NCBI RefSeq assembly: GCF_040938485.1
Contig: NW_027271872.1
Span: forward strand, 868,001-932,000
Length of the DNA: 64,000 nucleotides
DNA from: Diadema antillarum
Lineage: Eukaryota
Reading direction: 5' to 3'
The notes under the pieces were generated by a model. It was not told the origin of the DNA. It did no database searches and saw only the letters and a list, made by a program, of their open reading frames with translations. The stretch's first letter is position 1; the number at the start of each line of letters is the position of its first letter. Shown here in pieces: positions 25,877 through 44,715 of this stretch. Position numbers and translations under genes: made by a program.

Positions 25877-27118
25877 ATAAAAATCCAGGTCGTAAAAATT
25901 ATTGGCTCAATGTTTTTGTATTGTTTGTTTGTTCGGTAATAATGAAATTTCGACGTAACAAAAGAAATTTAACGGGAGTCCACTGTAAAGCAACATTTTT
26001 CTTGGGGACTACATGTACAGAAGCTAGTTTGTTATACAGTACAGTATCAGGTGCTATGTTGTATCAGATCTCTTTCTATCAAGTTTTCACTGTGTGTACA
26101 GTACATACTGTATGAGCCTGTGTGTTTATCTTGTAACTTTACCTTTTCCCCCCAGTACTGTAACTTGTACATAAAGTGTACACTGTACAGTGTAGTATTT
26201 TCTTTCAAGTGAATGCTAGAGCATAAAACAAACAAACGAACAAACAAACAAGCACGCAAACAAAAGAAAACAAGACAATGAAAAATTCAACATTTGATAA
26301 AACATTTTATTAGGAATAAATTGCAACGTCATTACAAAACACATAATACTGTTCTTAACATGGTACACTAGTAAACATGGTACAATATTGGAAGTAAATC
26401 ATAAAATTATACTTTTCCTACCAAGTGGCCAAGTGCCTAACATGACAAGTACTACATATAGTAAACAGTCAGTTTAATTGCCATACAATCAGTATGAGGA
26501 ATTTGGGCCAGATGTTGCGGCATTCAAGTTGTGCAAGACGATCACTGAAGATAGCTATGACCAAAATTACAACAGGAGGGCGAGCTTAAATCCACCCAAT
26601 CCAAACAGAACTTGCTTACAATTGATTAGAATACTTGGAAAAACCAAAAGTGGGTTTGTTTTTTCAAAAAACATCCTTGACTCCTTTAGAAGCCTGTAAA
26701 TACTTGTATAAGGAAATTAGCTTCATGGAGAAAAGGACGTACAATTTTAGCTACTCCGGATCATAGGGTAACTCGTCACTACAGCTTCACATTGGTATTA
26801 TGTGTTATCTTACAGCTTATAGACATGTAGTTATGAGAAACGATCAGGTGAAAAAAAAATGATTGTTGCTCTCCTAAGAACAAAACAAAACTAAAAATTA
26901 AATGCAGTATAGATTACACAGCTTTCATATAGAAACATTTGACAGTTGTATTGCTAACACATATTGAGCTCTTCATTATAAAGAATAACAAATCTTATGC
27001 AACATTTACTTGTTTCAACAAAAGCAATCTGTCATATGAGTTTTCACCATCAAGATCTTTGGCAAGTCTTTGTGATGTGTGTGAGTCTGCAAAATGAACA
27101 CATTTAAAAAAGTCTTAA

Positions 27119-27501
27119 AGGGACTGTACAGTACTGGTTGAGGTGGGGATTCATGTTTTGAACATTCCTAAGTGAGATAATGAGAAACCTTTTATGAAAT
27201 ATGAAAGAGCATGTAATTTTAAGAAGGATTCAACGTTTATTTGATGAAAATTGGTTTTCAAATGGCTGAGATATCCAAAAAGTGATAATAATAAAAGGCG
27301 ACAGGCCATGCCTTTTATTAGGACATCTTTATTTCACCTTGTTTTGGGATATCTCAGCCATTTCAAAACCGATTTTCATCAAATAAACTGTTGATACCCC
27401 ATAGAATTGCATGCTCTTTGACATCTCATAGAGTGGTTTCTGAATATCTTGCAAAACGTTAAAAACTAAATCCTCACCTCGACCAGAACTGTACACACCC
27501 T
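27119..27501. mobile_element. Kolobok-like MITE, full length
   Basis: TTAA TSD at 27115-27118 and 27502-27505; TIR agggactgtacagtactggttgaggtggggatt / aatcctcacctcgaccagaactgtacacaccct. Confidence 0.8.
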
Positions 27502-28911
27502 TTAAACAATTTCTTGCGAAAGGAAAAAAAAATATTGTCACCACAGCTGTAACTAGACTAAAAGGGGATATCATCTGAATCAATTCAAAATAATTGGTTT
27601 TCCATTGTTGTAAATGGTGTAACATGATATATCTGTTAAACACTTCATGCTATCCAAAAAGTAATCTGACTTTGTAACAAAATGCAGTCGGCCATTTATC
27701 TTCAACATCAGCAGACATTGGCTCACAACAGATTTGATTTTCTTTTCTTTTCTTTAAAACAACAGCAACAACAAAAATGCTGCAGAGTTGCTTACAAACA
27801 TACAGTACATGTATTTTGCAATTATCTTTGTAAAACATTCACACAGCACAAATATTGATTTTCTTAGATGGATGTCTTTTACATAAAAACTTTTTTTTCT
27901 TCAATGGATGTATTCTACAATACAAGTAGCATATTTTCAATCATCAACTCCCCTACCCCTTCTCACTAAGCAGATACAAGTATTTAACATGTCAGTTCTG
28001 TGTAAAGAAAACATCCAAAGGACACAGGGACATTTCTGCTTGAGTTGACAACTTGTTTCACACACAAAGTCTTGGAACTCGACCCATACCAAAGTGTTTT
28101 TATTTCAAAAGTCTTTGTGTACAACTTGTACATCTACATTTCAGGTCAACGAGAACACACTGATGATCAAATCTAAAACACCTCAAGAGCTTGCTTTGAG
28201 CAGGCTGATGGTGTTCTACATAACAATGGTTTATGCACTCATCAAAGGTTACATATTCGTGAAGATGATCTAACAAATGCATGGATTTAAACTTTCCATC
28301 ACACTTGTTTTGAAAGGAGAATGACACCATTGCAGTTCATCTAAAATACAAGTATGGGTTCAGCAGAAAATGCTTACTGAGTATAATAATACATGTACAT
28401 GTACATGTACTTCAATTGATCACATGCCACCCACAGTGTACTTATGAACACTTGCTAGTGTAAGAGTGCTGCTGTGCAACAGGCCTGGGCCACTGAATTC
28501 CTACAGTGACATTTACGTTGCATTACTTGCAATACTTGATTCAAATACCATTGAACCTCATAAAGTGGCAATAGATACACTGTACTGAATGAGACAAAGC
28601 AAAATCTCCTGGTATGTTAAGGTTTTGTTTTGTTTTGTTTTTTCATTTTCCTAACTTTTGCACAGAATTGGTTGGTAAATTAGTTTGGAAATAAAGTGCA
28701 TAAAATCTGCTCAAACACACAAATGGTTCTGAGTGACTGAACACACTGCTCCATGACTTACTTCAAAGATACAACACCACCGCCCCTGAAACAGATCTGA
28801 AATTCACGGACTAGGATGGTGCATCTCCCCAGTGGCGATTAAAAGTGCAGTGATTTTCTGGCTTGAATGACCTTAAAAATGGAAATAAAATGGTCAACTT
28901 TGGTGGAGCAT

Positions 28912-31900
28912 TCAGAGAGCCATGGAAGCCCACCCTGCAATCAGAGTTAGACCACCGATGGGAGCTAGTCTGTTCAGGGCTGTGCTTCCTGTCAACGCTG
29001 AAAAGTAGCAGGTACCGGAGAAGAGGAGCATTCCTACTGAGATGAGACTTCCAGTCTGATGCATTGGGAGGAAAGAATAAAAGAAGGAAATAGCAATGCT
29101 CAACAGTCCACTCTCATTATGGTACATTGCAAAAGAAAAATGATATGAGAATTACAGTGCACTGCCGTTATAACAAACACGGTTATAACGGAATTCCGCT
29201 TGCAGGGCAAGTCCAAGATAACACGCGCGTTACGTATGGGACATTCAGAGACTTTTATGACCTGAAAAATAGTGTTAATGGCTTTTGATCATATTAAACT
29301 TTATCATGGTGATTGATATCTAGGAGAAGTATAATCATGCAAAAAATGGAGAAAAATGACCTTCACAATTATATTCTAGAAGAGAAAATATGTGCCGTTA
29401 CGTATGGGACCAGAAAAATTTTGTTTTTTTAAACATTTTTTTCAACCTCAAAACTCTCTGAAAGTATTTCATTCTACAACTTGTAACTCACTGTGATGAA
29501 AGTCACAACACTCAAGATTATCACAGGTAAGTTTCGTGTCATCAGGTAAAAAGCTCTAATTACAGGTTCTAATTAAAGACAGACATGACGTGTTACGTAT
29601 GGGACAGTTACGTATGGGACAGTTTGTCCCCCATTCATTTAGTGTGTGAGGAACCATGTTTATGGGTATTTTGCATAATTATTGAAGTAAAATCAGTTGA
29701 AACTACTCAAATACTGATCCAGATTGACAAGGAAACAATATTCCCCAAATATTCACCATCCTAATCATATTCAATCATATTTTTATATTTTTATGACCAA
29801 CCTGAGTATGCATGCCCTTTGTCCCCCATTCGTTTAGTGTGTGGAGAGACATGTTTATGGGTATTTTGCAAAAATACCCATAAACAAATTTTTGCATAAT
29901 TATTGAAATGGAATCAGTTTTAAAACTACTCAAATACTGATCCAGATAGAGACAAGGGAACAATATTCCCCAAATATTTACCATCATAATCATATTTAAT
30001 CATATTCTATATTTTTATGACCAACCTGAGTATGTATGCCCTATTTTTATCAGGATAGATACGACTGAAAAATTGAATAGTTTAAAGTGTTTACTTCCAT
30101 TGATGAAGGGCAGTTTGCCATTTTGTTTCAATAAAAAACAACTTGACACAAGAAATATTAATTTTTATAAATAAGCAATACCTGCTGCGTGGAACCCCAG
30201 TGATCGAGTAGATATATGATGTCTGTCTAGCAGTCAGGTCATTGATTCGAGTCACACCTCAGTATGTATACCCATGAATTTTGTCGTGGCTATTATTGAA
30301 ACCTGAATAAGGACAATTTGTGTATCACTTGCAATAAAAAAAAAATCATTTTACTTCATATTTTTTGAAAATATTTATATCACCACCATTTCAAATTGGA
30401 TCTCAATCACTAAACTTTGAATTCCTCTAGTCTTAGGATTGTATGCTCTTTAGTAATTCATATAGGGCCTAATTGGTTTCCAATCATCTCATTAAAAGTT
30501 GAAAACTGAATCCCCATTTCTACAAAAAACTATACCATCCCTTTAATGCTGATTTTTCATTGTGTATTTTGCCATTTTCCCCTCCCCCTTTCTGAAAATT
30601 GTTCAGTCAAGTACATGTATTGTTTAAAGTGTCTATAACTCAAAAAGCAGCTACAATGTTGGGATGCTTTCTTCAGGATGATTGACCATTTGTGTACTGA
30701 GAGACCTTCCCAGCTAGCTACATGCATTCACATGCATTATGTATGAGGATGTCCCATACGTAACGCATTTGTCCAATACGTAACATTATTTCAATGCCTA
30801 ATAAAAAATATTCCTTTTACTGTTTTTTCTTTTTTCTATGGTATTTAATTTCTCTAAACAATAAATTAGAACTTTCCAAAAGGGCATTAATATAACCTTA
30901 GCAATTTCAGAATAAACCTAAAAAAATGACCTCAATTTGTTACGTATGGGACATCTCATGATAGGACACGAGCTAATTTGCATAATCATTTGCATAATCC
31001 CTAAATTTTCATACCAAGTTAAACTATTTGATGAACTTCTTATGTCCACATATTAATCAAATATCATTTGCTTTCCTTTGAATTAATATGAATTTTTATA
31101 AATGTCCCATACGTAACGGTGTGTTTCACATTTATGCAAATGAAGCCCTTGAAATTTGCATAAATTTACGTAATATAATTTTTTCGTCCATGGAAATCAA
31201 AACTTCAACTCATAAGCTTCAAAATGATACCAAACATGTCAATATTGAGCAAAGATGAAATTTTGCCTTCTGAGGGGACCTTATCTTGGACTTGCCCTGC
31301 AATGAAATAAAAATCCAGGCCGCAAAATCATCCGCTCTACGTCTTTTTATTGTTTATTTGTTCGGTCATAACAAAATTTTGATGTAACAAACGAAAACTG
31401 CCAGTCTTGAGGACTTCGTTAACCTTACAATATTTTCCGTATTTTATCCCTCTACAAACCAATATATGACAAAATCTTTATAGGACAAAGTGATGTTTTG
31501 GTGAGAGCAAAGGCAATGGGAAATGTGTTCAAATCTCCCTTTCCTTGTTTACACAGTCTGTCTCTCTCTTCCTGTTTTTAAATATCAAATCCATCCATCT
31601 ACAGTTTATCTATCCATCCACCAATGTGTGGGAGTGTGTGTTTGGCTGAATATTTTCTCCGTTTCTTTCCAAACATGTTCCATTATACCAGTTCGTAAAT
31701 GCCTTCTTTCCTATGCAAGTAAGACTTGGCATTAAAATAAATCATTGATGTGTACACTTGTATCTAGCTGAAGCAGTCTCACCCACAAGGTCATTTATTA
31801 CAGACTTGGTATGAAATCACAACATATCAGGCTAATACAAGTACATGTATCTCACTCACAAGAGTTGGGTTCCTTGACATGGGAACGGCCAACAGTGCCA

Positions 31901-34900
31901 GTGTGTGCAGGAAATGGTAGCGGTTCCCCGTGTCAAAGGTCTGAGATGTCCAGAGATTAAAATGGGGAAGAGATGAAATACCAAATCAGTAAATACAGTC
32001 CAACTTCATTGAAATACAACTGTAAACATGAACTAGCAATAGGCCTACTAATCTCAAAATTGTTTCCCAGCCTTTTTGACAGTGCATCTTTTGTGTACTG
32101 GTCAGTACAAGTAGGCCTACTGTAAAACTAGAAATTTTCCTGTGCACTTTAACTTTGCAAGAGCCAAGATTCATAAAAGTTCTTGTCTTCGCTATATGCA
32201 TGGAATGCCAGCAGTTGGTAATTCATGAAAAATTCATTCTGCCAAAAAGGCAGAACTTAGCCCCAGTTTGCAAAAATTTCATGCCATGAATATTTCTGAT
32301 TTTACAGTATTGAATGGTATACAAACGTACCTTCTCATAGTCCATGGCAATTTTTTTTTCTATGGTCATTTGCCTACAGAGGCTATGTTTCTGTTTTTCT
32401 TGGATCGCATTCTATCCTTCGTACCTGTATTTATTCTTGATTCACTTTTGGAAAATACAGAACACTTCAATGTCGAAAAAAAAAATCATTAGGGCCTATA
32501 TGGCTTAATGAAAATCAAATTAACTATTTGGATTGGTCATTTGATATATGCAATTGCAAATGAAATACTTGATTTAATTCTGAAAAAGACAGAATATGGC
32601 AATGTTTTTAACATAACAACTTCGTGGAAACTCAGTATATTAACAAGATCCTTGGGACCAACACAATTTTTTCTGTATATATTTTGTAATATCAGTAGTC
32701 AATAAACAATACAAAACAAGGAAATGAATTCATTGGGACCAGAGAAATTATATCAGATATTTTGTTATATCAGATCTCTTTATAACCAGTTTCAACTGTA
32801 TTCGTAAAACACAACATATACACGACACACAGTAAGACAGGAAACATCAATAATGTACCACAAGATCAATTCAACTCCTTCATTATGGTAAGGGTATCTG
32901 AATTTCCTACTGAAAATTGTGAGAGAATAATAAATTGAAACAAAATTCCTTACAATGATGTCTCATAAACTTACATGCTTCACATCTGGAGATTGTCCTT
33001 TCATTCCTGGTGAGAAAATTAGATCAGGAAATGTATAAACTATGAATAGAGCCAAAAACACTCCCATACTAGGAGTTAAAAGTACTGATTCAAAACATGT
33101 ATAGGGCAAGTCCAAGATAAGGTCCCCTCAGAAGGCAAAATTTCATCTTTGCTCAATATTGACATGTTTGGTATCATTTTGAAGCTTATGAGTTAAAGTT
33201 TTGATTTCCATGGAGGAAAAAATTATATTACGTAATTTATGCAAATTTCAAGGGCTTCATTTGCATAAATGTGAAACACAGCGTTACGTATGGGACATTT
33301 ATAAAAATTCATATTAATTCAAAGGAAAGCAAATGATATTTGATCAATATGTGGACATAAGAAGTTCATCAAATAGTTTAACTTGGTATGAAAATTTAGG
33401 GATTATGCAAATGATTATGCAAATTAGCTCGTGTCCTATCATGAGATGTCCCATACGTAACAAATTGAGGTCATTTTTTTAGGTTTTTTCTGAAATTGCT
33501 AAGGTTATATTAATGCCCTTTTGGAAAGTTCTAATTTATTGTTTAGAGAAATTAAATACCACAGAAAAAAGAAAAAACAGTAAAAGGGATATTTCTTATA
33601 AGGCATTGAAATAATGTTACGTATGGGACAAATGCGTTACGTATGGGACATCCTCATACATAATGCATGTGAATGCATGTAGCTAGCTGGGAAGGTCTCT
33701 CAGTACACAAATGGTCAATCATCCTGAAGAAAGCATCCCAACATTGTCGCTACTTTTTGAGTTATAGACACTTTAAACAATACATGTACTTGACTGAACA
33801 ATTTTCAGAAAGGGGGAGGGGAAAATGGCAAAATACACAATGAAAAAACAGCATTAAAGGGATGGTATAGTTTTTTGTAGAAATGGGGATTCAGTTTTCA
33901 ACATTTAATGAGATGATTGGAAACCAATTATATGAATTACTAAAGAGCATACAATCCTAAGACTAGAGGAATTCAAAGTTTAGTGATGGAGATCCAATTT
34001 GAAATGGTTGTGATATAAATATTTAAAAAGAATATAAAGTAAAATGATTTTTTTTTTATTGCAAGTGATACACAAATTGTCCTTATTCAGGTTTCAATAA
34101 TAGCCACGACAAAATTCATGGGTATACATACTAAGGTGTGACTCGAATCAATGACCTGACTGCTAGACAGACATCATATATCTACTCGATCACTGGGGTT
34201 CCACGCAGCAGGTATTGCTTATTTATAAAAATTAATATTTCTTGTGTCAGGTTGTTTTTTATTGAAACGAAATGGCAAACTGCCCTTCATCAATGAAAGT
34301 AAACACTTTAAACTATTCAATTTTTCAGTAGTAACTATCCTGATAAAAATAGGGCATACCCCATACTCAGGTTGGTCATGAAAATATAGAATATGATTAA
34401 ATATGATTATGATGGTAAATATTTGGGGAATATTGTTCCCTTATCAATCTGGATCAGTATTTGAGTAGTTTCAACTGATTCCATTTCAATAATTATGCAA
34501 AAATTTGTTTATGGGTATTTTGCAAAATTATTTTGCAAAATACCCATAAATGTGTCTCTCCACACACTAAACGAATGGGGGACAAAGGGCATGCATACTC
34601 AGGTTGGTCATAAAAATATAAAAATATGATTGAATATGATTAGGATGGTGAATATTTGGGGAATATTGTTTCCTTAACAATCTGGATCAGTATTTGAGTA
34701 GTTTCAACTGATTTTACTTCAATAATTGTGCAAAATACCCATAAACATGGTTCTTCACACACTAAATGAATGGGGGACAAACTGTCCCATACGTAACTGT
34801 CCCATACGTAACACGTCATGTCTGTCTTTAATTAGAACCTGTAATTAGAGCTTTTTACCTAATGACACGAAACTTACCTATGATAATCTTGAGTGTTGTG

Positions 34901-36833
34901 ACTTTCATCACAGTGAGTTACAAGTTGTAGAATGAAATATTTTCAGAGAGTTTTGAGGTTGAAAAAAATGTTCAAAAAAACAAAATTTTTCTGGTCCCAT
35001 ACGTAACGGCACATATTTTCTCTTCTAGAATATAATTGTGAAGGTCATTTTTCTCCATTTTTTGCATGATTATACTTCTCCTAGATATCAATCACCAGAT
35101 GATAAAGTTTGATATGATCAAAAGCCATTAACACTATTTTTCAGGTCATAAAAGTCTCTGAATGTCCCATACGTAACGCGCGTGTTATCTTGGACTTGCC
35201 CTATAATTAACTTCTGCGGCAACATATGAATCTGGATTAATGGTACATGTTGTTGATAGATCACAATCAAAGTTTGGCCCTTTATTGCACAAATCACTAG
35301 CTAAAAGAGTGTCCTGTAATAATCAGCAAGAATGGAAGACAAAATTGTGAAACACTTTAGACCTCTTCATATTCATGATATGTTGCTAGCACTAAAATGC
35401 AGTATCCAAGCAAACATTTAAAGTCAAGCTGGAGCATACTGCTTCAAAACTGCACAAGCTATATTAAAACCACTCAGATCAAATCACTCAAGTAAATTTG
35501 AATACCAAATCACCGAGTGTCGATTCTGGTTTGAACATTTTGAGCCAAAGTGCAATAAGTGCCGAACCTTGCTGTGACATATTAAAAAGTGGGTAGACTC
35601 TACTATGACAAATTCTCTTTCAACCCACATGTGCATGCTGTTACCTGTTCGTGTTATCATTACCACAGATCCACAATGTATACTTTACATAATTACAGTA
35701 TAAACAGCAATGTTGGATTGTTGTCACATCAGTTCATTGAGTTGACCGACATGTCTAATTCTGCGAAAAACTTCTCATTTATAGTAATGACATTTGCTGG
35801 GTCAGTTTTTTGAAGCGAAAAACTGACCCAGCAAATGTCATTACTATAAATGAGAACTTTTTCGCGGAATTACACATAAAATTTGACCAGAGGCCACCAC
35901 ATCCAACTCCGGCAACATCACTGCAGAATCCTCTCTTATCAACACAGTTTCTTCCCAAGCGTTGTTTGCATCTGGAACGGCCTTCCCACAGCTGTGGTTT
36001 CAGCTCCGTCTCTCGAGACCTTTCGGAGCAGTTTGAAACCACTTACACTCCGATAACCCTCATACTAAGGAGTTTTTTTACTTGCACCATAAGTTTATCT
36101 TCTTGCACCAAATGTGATGTTTGTTGCTGTAGTGACACCTATAGCACCCAGTACGACAATACTCTTTGAGAGTGATGTACTTATCGGAAGAAGAAGAATT
36201 TACTTGTCGGTCAATTCTAGGTGCTGTAGTGTCCTGTGGCTTTACATTTACCATCTCATGTTATCTTTAACATAGAATAAATAGTCTTAGAACTTTAAAA
36301 TATCTGTCATATTAATCTCCAATCCTAACATCAAAGGGTGTGCATCTACTACTAGTACTACCATGGCAGTACCATTCAATATTGTTGACATTATTTTAAT
36401 CAGTCCATCTCGCTCACGTTCATTCATTAGTTTGCATAAGTTTTTATTGTCATCAGGCCATTCTTAAAACTTTAATATGTTGCTTGGTCTGGACTGGAGC
36501 ACAAAAGGAAAGAGTAACACCTGTTAGACTTCCTTATACTGTACCCTCCCCCAATTTCGCCATACCACTCACTCTACCCTGCGCCTGTTACCGTTAATTA
36601 GCTTAGTTAGTAGGGATTTCTACGGATGCACACGCGCACACAATACATGTGAGAACAACCGTAATTGACATTACACAAAGAGCAAGGTGTGGGACCGAAG
36701 AAAGGAGGATTCGCAAATCGCACACCGTAGACTACTTACCATGGGCTCCATATGCTCCAAGAGCAACAGCTAGAGCTCCTGATATTCCAGCAACCCTCAG
36801 GAAAACACCACCTGTTTGGACAAGAGCTGGCAT
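28912..36833 (-). CDS. TMEM256: Transmembrane protein 256 (DUF423 family, 116 aa)
   Basis: Exons 36740-36833 (RVAGISGALAVALGAYGAHG), 32975-33006, 31860-31940 (TFDTGNRYHFLHTLALLAVP), 28912-29055 (GMLLFSGTCYF...LAPIGGLTLIAGW). All GT-AG and in phase. Confidence 0.92.
29205..31297 (+). mobile_element. Sola2-like non-autonomous DNA transposon, copy 1 (2093 bp)
   Basis: Perfect 17-bp TIR GGGCAAGTCCAAGATAA; 4-bp TSD TGCA; repeated internal GTTACGTATGGGACA motifs; ~200-bp internal tandem duplication. GRG ends with a 4-bp TSD fit Sola2 as recalled. Confidence 0.75.
33104..35201 (-). mobile_element. Sola2-like non-autonomous DNA transposon, copy 2 (2098 bp, inverted relative to copy 1)
   Basis: Same 17-bp TIR; 4-bp TSD TATA; near-identical reverse complement of 29205-31297. 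Confidence 0.75.
35740..36218. repeat. Palindromic foldback element, right arm interrupted by a LINE fragment
   Basis: Perfect 39-bp arms 35772-35810 / 35818-35856; the outer arm resumes at ~36203 (acttgtcggtcaattc). Second family member at ~38017-38163. Confidence 0.75.
35889..36200 (+). mobile_element. CR1/L2-group LINE 3' fragment
   Basis: Translates RGHHIQLRQHHCRILSYQHSFFPSVVCIWNGLPTAVVSAPSLETFRSSL*, followed by a 3' UTR and a (GAA)n tail. Confidence 0.8.
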
Positions 36834-37233
36834 GTCGAAATTTCGTTTTCTCAATTTTTATAAAATTGATTTTTCCTATTTCGTTGTTACGTATACCACT
36901 ATTTTACCACAAGATGGCGCTGTTGCAACTCGACGCGACACCGATGATTGTCTGAACTAACTCCGAATGTGTCTTGCATGCATGCAGCAGGAGGCGAGGA
37001 TCGAGAATGCAACGGTGACAGCTCCGGCATTTACCGCGCGCGTACCGGCGGGCGGAGCGTTGATGTTTCCGTGGGATAGCGTCCCTAGTTTCACGGCAGC
37101 AGCAGTACGCCCAGCCAGCTACTACTTCACAGACAGCAGGGTTACATAATTACGTTGGCTAGCATTCGAGTGCAATTGCAAGTGTGTTCAGATTTTAAAT
37201 CGCGAGATCTCCAAATCTAAAATCGCGAGCAAT
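36834..37233. promoter_or_regulatory. Bidirectional promoter region TMEM256/CFAP300
   Basis: Divergent start codons 400 bp apart. CpG-rich relative to the flanks. Two ATCGCGAG motifs at about 37199-37229. Confidence 0.65.
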
Positions 37234-42922
<5,689 letters not shown>

Positions 42923-44525
42923 TGATAGCCCCACCTCTGGTTCTCCACATGCACCTGCCGTGATGTTCAGATGGGAACTCCGTCGTGATTGGAACTCTTT
43001 TGAGATGTGTTTTGGGGTATTGCAATAGTGTACCCTGTGAGGTATTAAAGTAATGCCTTGTGTTGGAGGATACTTTACGAGAATGTAACCAACAAGTAGT
43101 ACGAGTGGCAAAGAGGATAGACTACAAGTCTGCACATGCAAAGCCTGCAAGAGAGAAGAAAGGACTCCCTTGAATAGATCAGTTCGTAATTCTACTTTGC
43201 GCATGAGCAGAGAAAGGTCATATGTACCAACAGGCATTTTGGTTTGTTAAATTCACTGAGATAAGCATCTGTGATGTGATGATTGTTCATGTAATTCTTT
43301 ATTTAAAATGGTGCTTGCCAGCACATCCACCTGACAGCAAGCCTGGCATTTGGCAATATAAAAAAATGTTGTTATTATATTCAATACAAAACAATGAAAT
43401 TGATGCCTGCTATAATGTCAAATGACGGACTATTCTGGTCACTCGGTCTAAACGTTTATTCTTTCTTTGAACGCAAATTCTACATATTGTTACTTCAGGC
43501 AAGCTTATGCATTATGCCGCTTTGAAAACGAGTGAAGTGCCTAACCAACTGAGAAAAAAAGAAAGGTCATTTGTACCAATGTGTACATGAGCTTTAATAT
43601 TACAAACTGGCTTATTTTCCTGACGTAGCCTCGCATTTCCTCCAGAATAGCATCTCACACCATGCAGGTCAGAGTTTATGTCATTTTACAGTCCACAAAG
43701 GAAGCACACGTGAAGTTATTGGGAGAAGACAAGTTGCAGTGAAAAGTATATATATTGGAATGTGAATTTGCATTCACACAAAGTCCGTGATAGTTGGTAA
43801 ATGAAATGTTTTAAACACATTTCTGCTTGGCTACTAAAATCAGCAGTTACATATGTTGTTTGTGTTGTCCCTCCTGAGCATTTTTTCCCAGAATAATGTA
43901 TCACTACTTTCATTTTTTCAAACTATTTTTGCCCAGGACTCCACACAAGATATAGTCGGCACAAAGCCATTCATCTTGAAATTCAGTAGGATTTTTAAGA
44001 AATTGGAGAAAAATAACATGAGGAAGAAATTTTCTAGTAATTTCCCTGTGGCTTTTCTTTGGCCAATAGATTCATGTGCAGTGTTACTTCCATATTTTTT
44101 CAGTTGTTATTTATTCTATTTGTGTGATTTCTTGCATTGACTGTAAATATCATGTTTTAAAAAGATATCAAGATTATTATTAATTTCTTTATTTTTTTTT
44201 TAGGTACTACATAAGTCGACATGTGGAAGTGTATGGATGGTTATCATATAATCACCTTGAAAACTTTTTTGAATTAAAGAACATTCCAAGCATTTTTATC
44301 GTTTCGGGCTACATGCCTCAAAAGTTACCTATGATGTCCATTTGTAATATGAAACGAGTGTCGATGATGTCACAGTGTCAAGTATGGTGCAAAGGCATAC
44401 CTCCTGCATTTAATCCAAATATATAAACGCAGAACTAAACTTTGAGGATAAACGTCAAAAACATGTATGCTTTCAGCTATTTGAGATATACAGTACAGTA
44501 TTTTCCAAATGAGCAGGGGGGAAAA

Positions 44526-44715
44526 GGAGCTGTCATGGCACAGTTGATAAGAAAAAGGACTGTCAATCCAAGATCCGAGGTTCAAGTCCCCTGACTGTGG
44601 CAGTAGCGCCCTTAGGCAAGGCACTCTATCATTGCCTAGTCCTTTGGAGGAGACTTGAAGCTGTTGCTCCTGTGGGTGCTTGCTTCCAAATACACTGCAG
44701 TCACTATTTCCTTAG
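44526..44715 (+). mobile_element. tRNA-derived SINE (decayed)
   Basis: A-box-like tggcacagttga, B-box ggttcaagtcc, then a gcccttaggcaaggcact body motif. Confidence 0.65.

Noticed and set aside
29205-35201. Repeated GTTACGTATGGGACA motif as a CRISPR-like array
   Set aside because: Irregular spacing, both orientations, inside a TIR/TSD-bounded element in a eukaryote. Better explained as subterminal transposase-binding repeats.
44526-44600. tRNA genes here, at 63544 and at ~30195
   Set aside because: A and B boxes are present but there is no intact cloverleaf, and SINE-type bodies follow.
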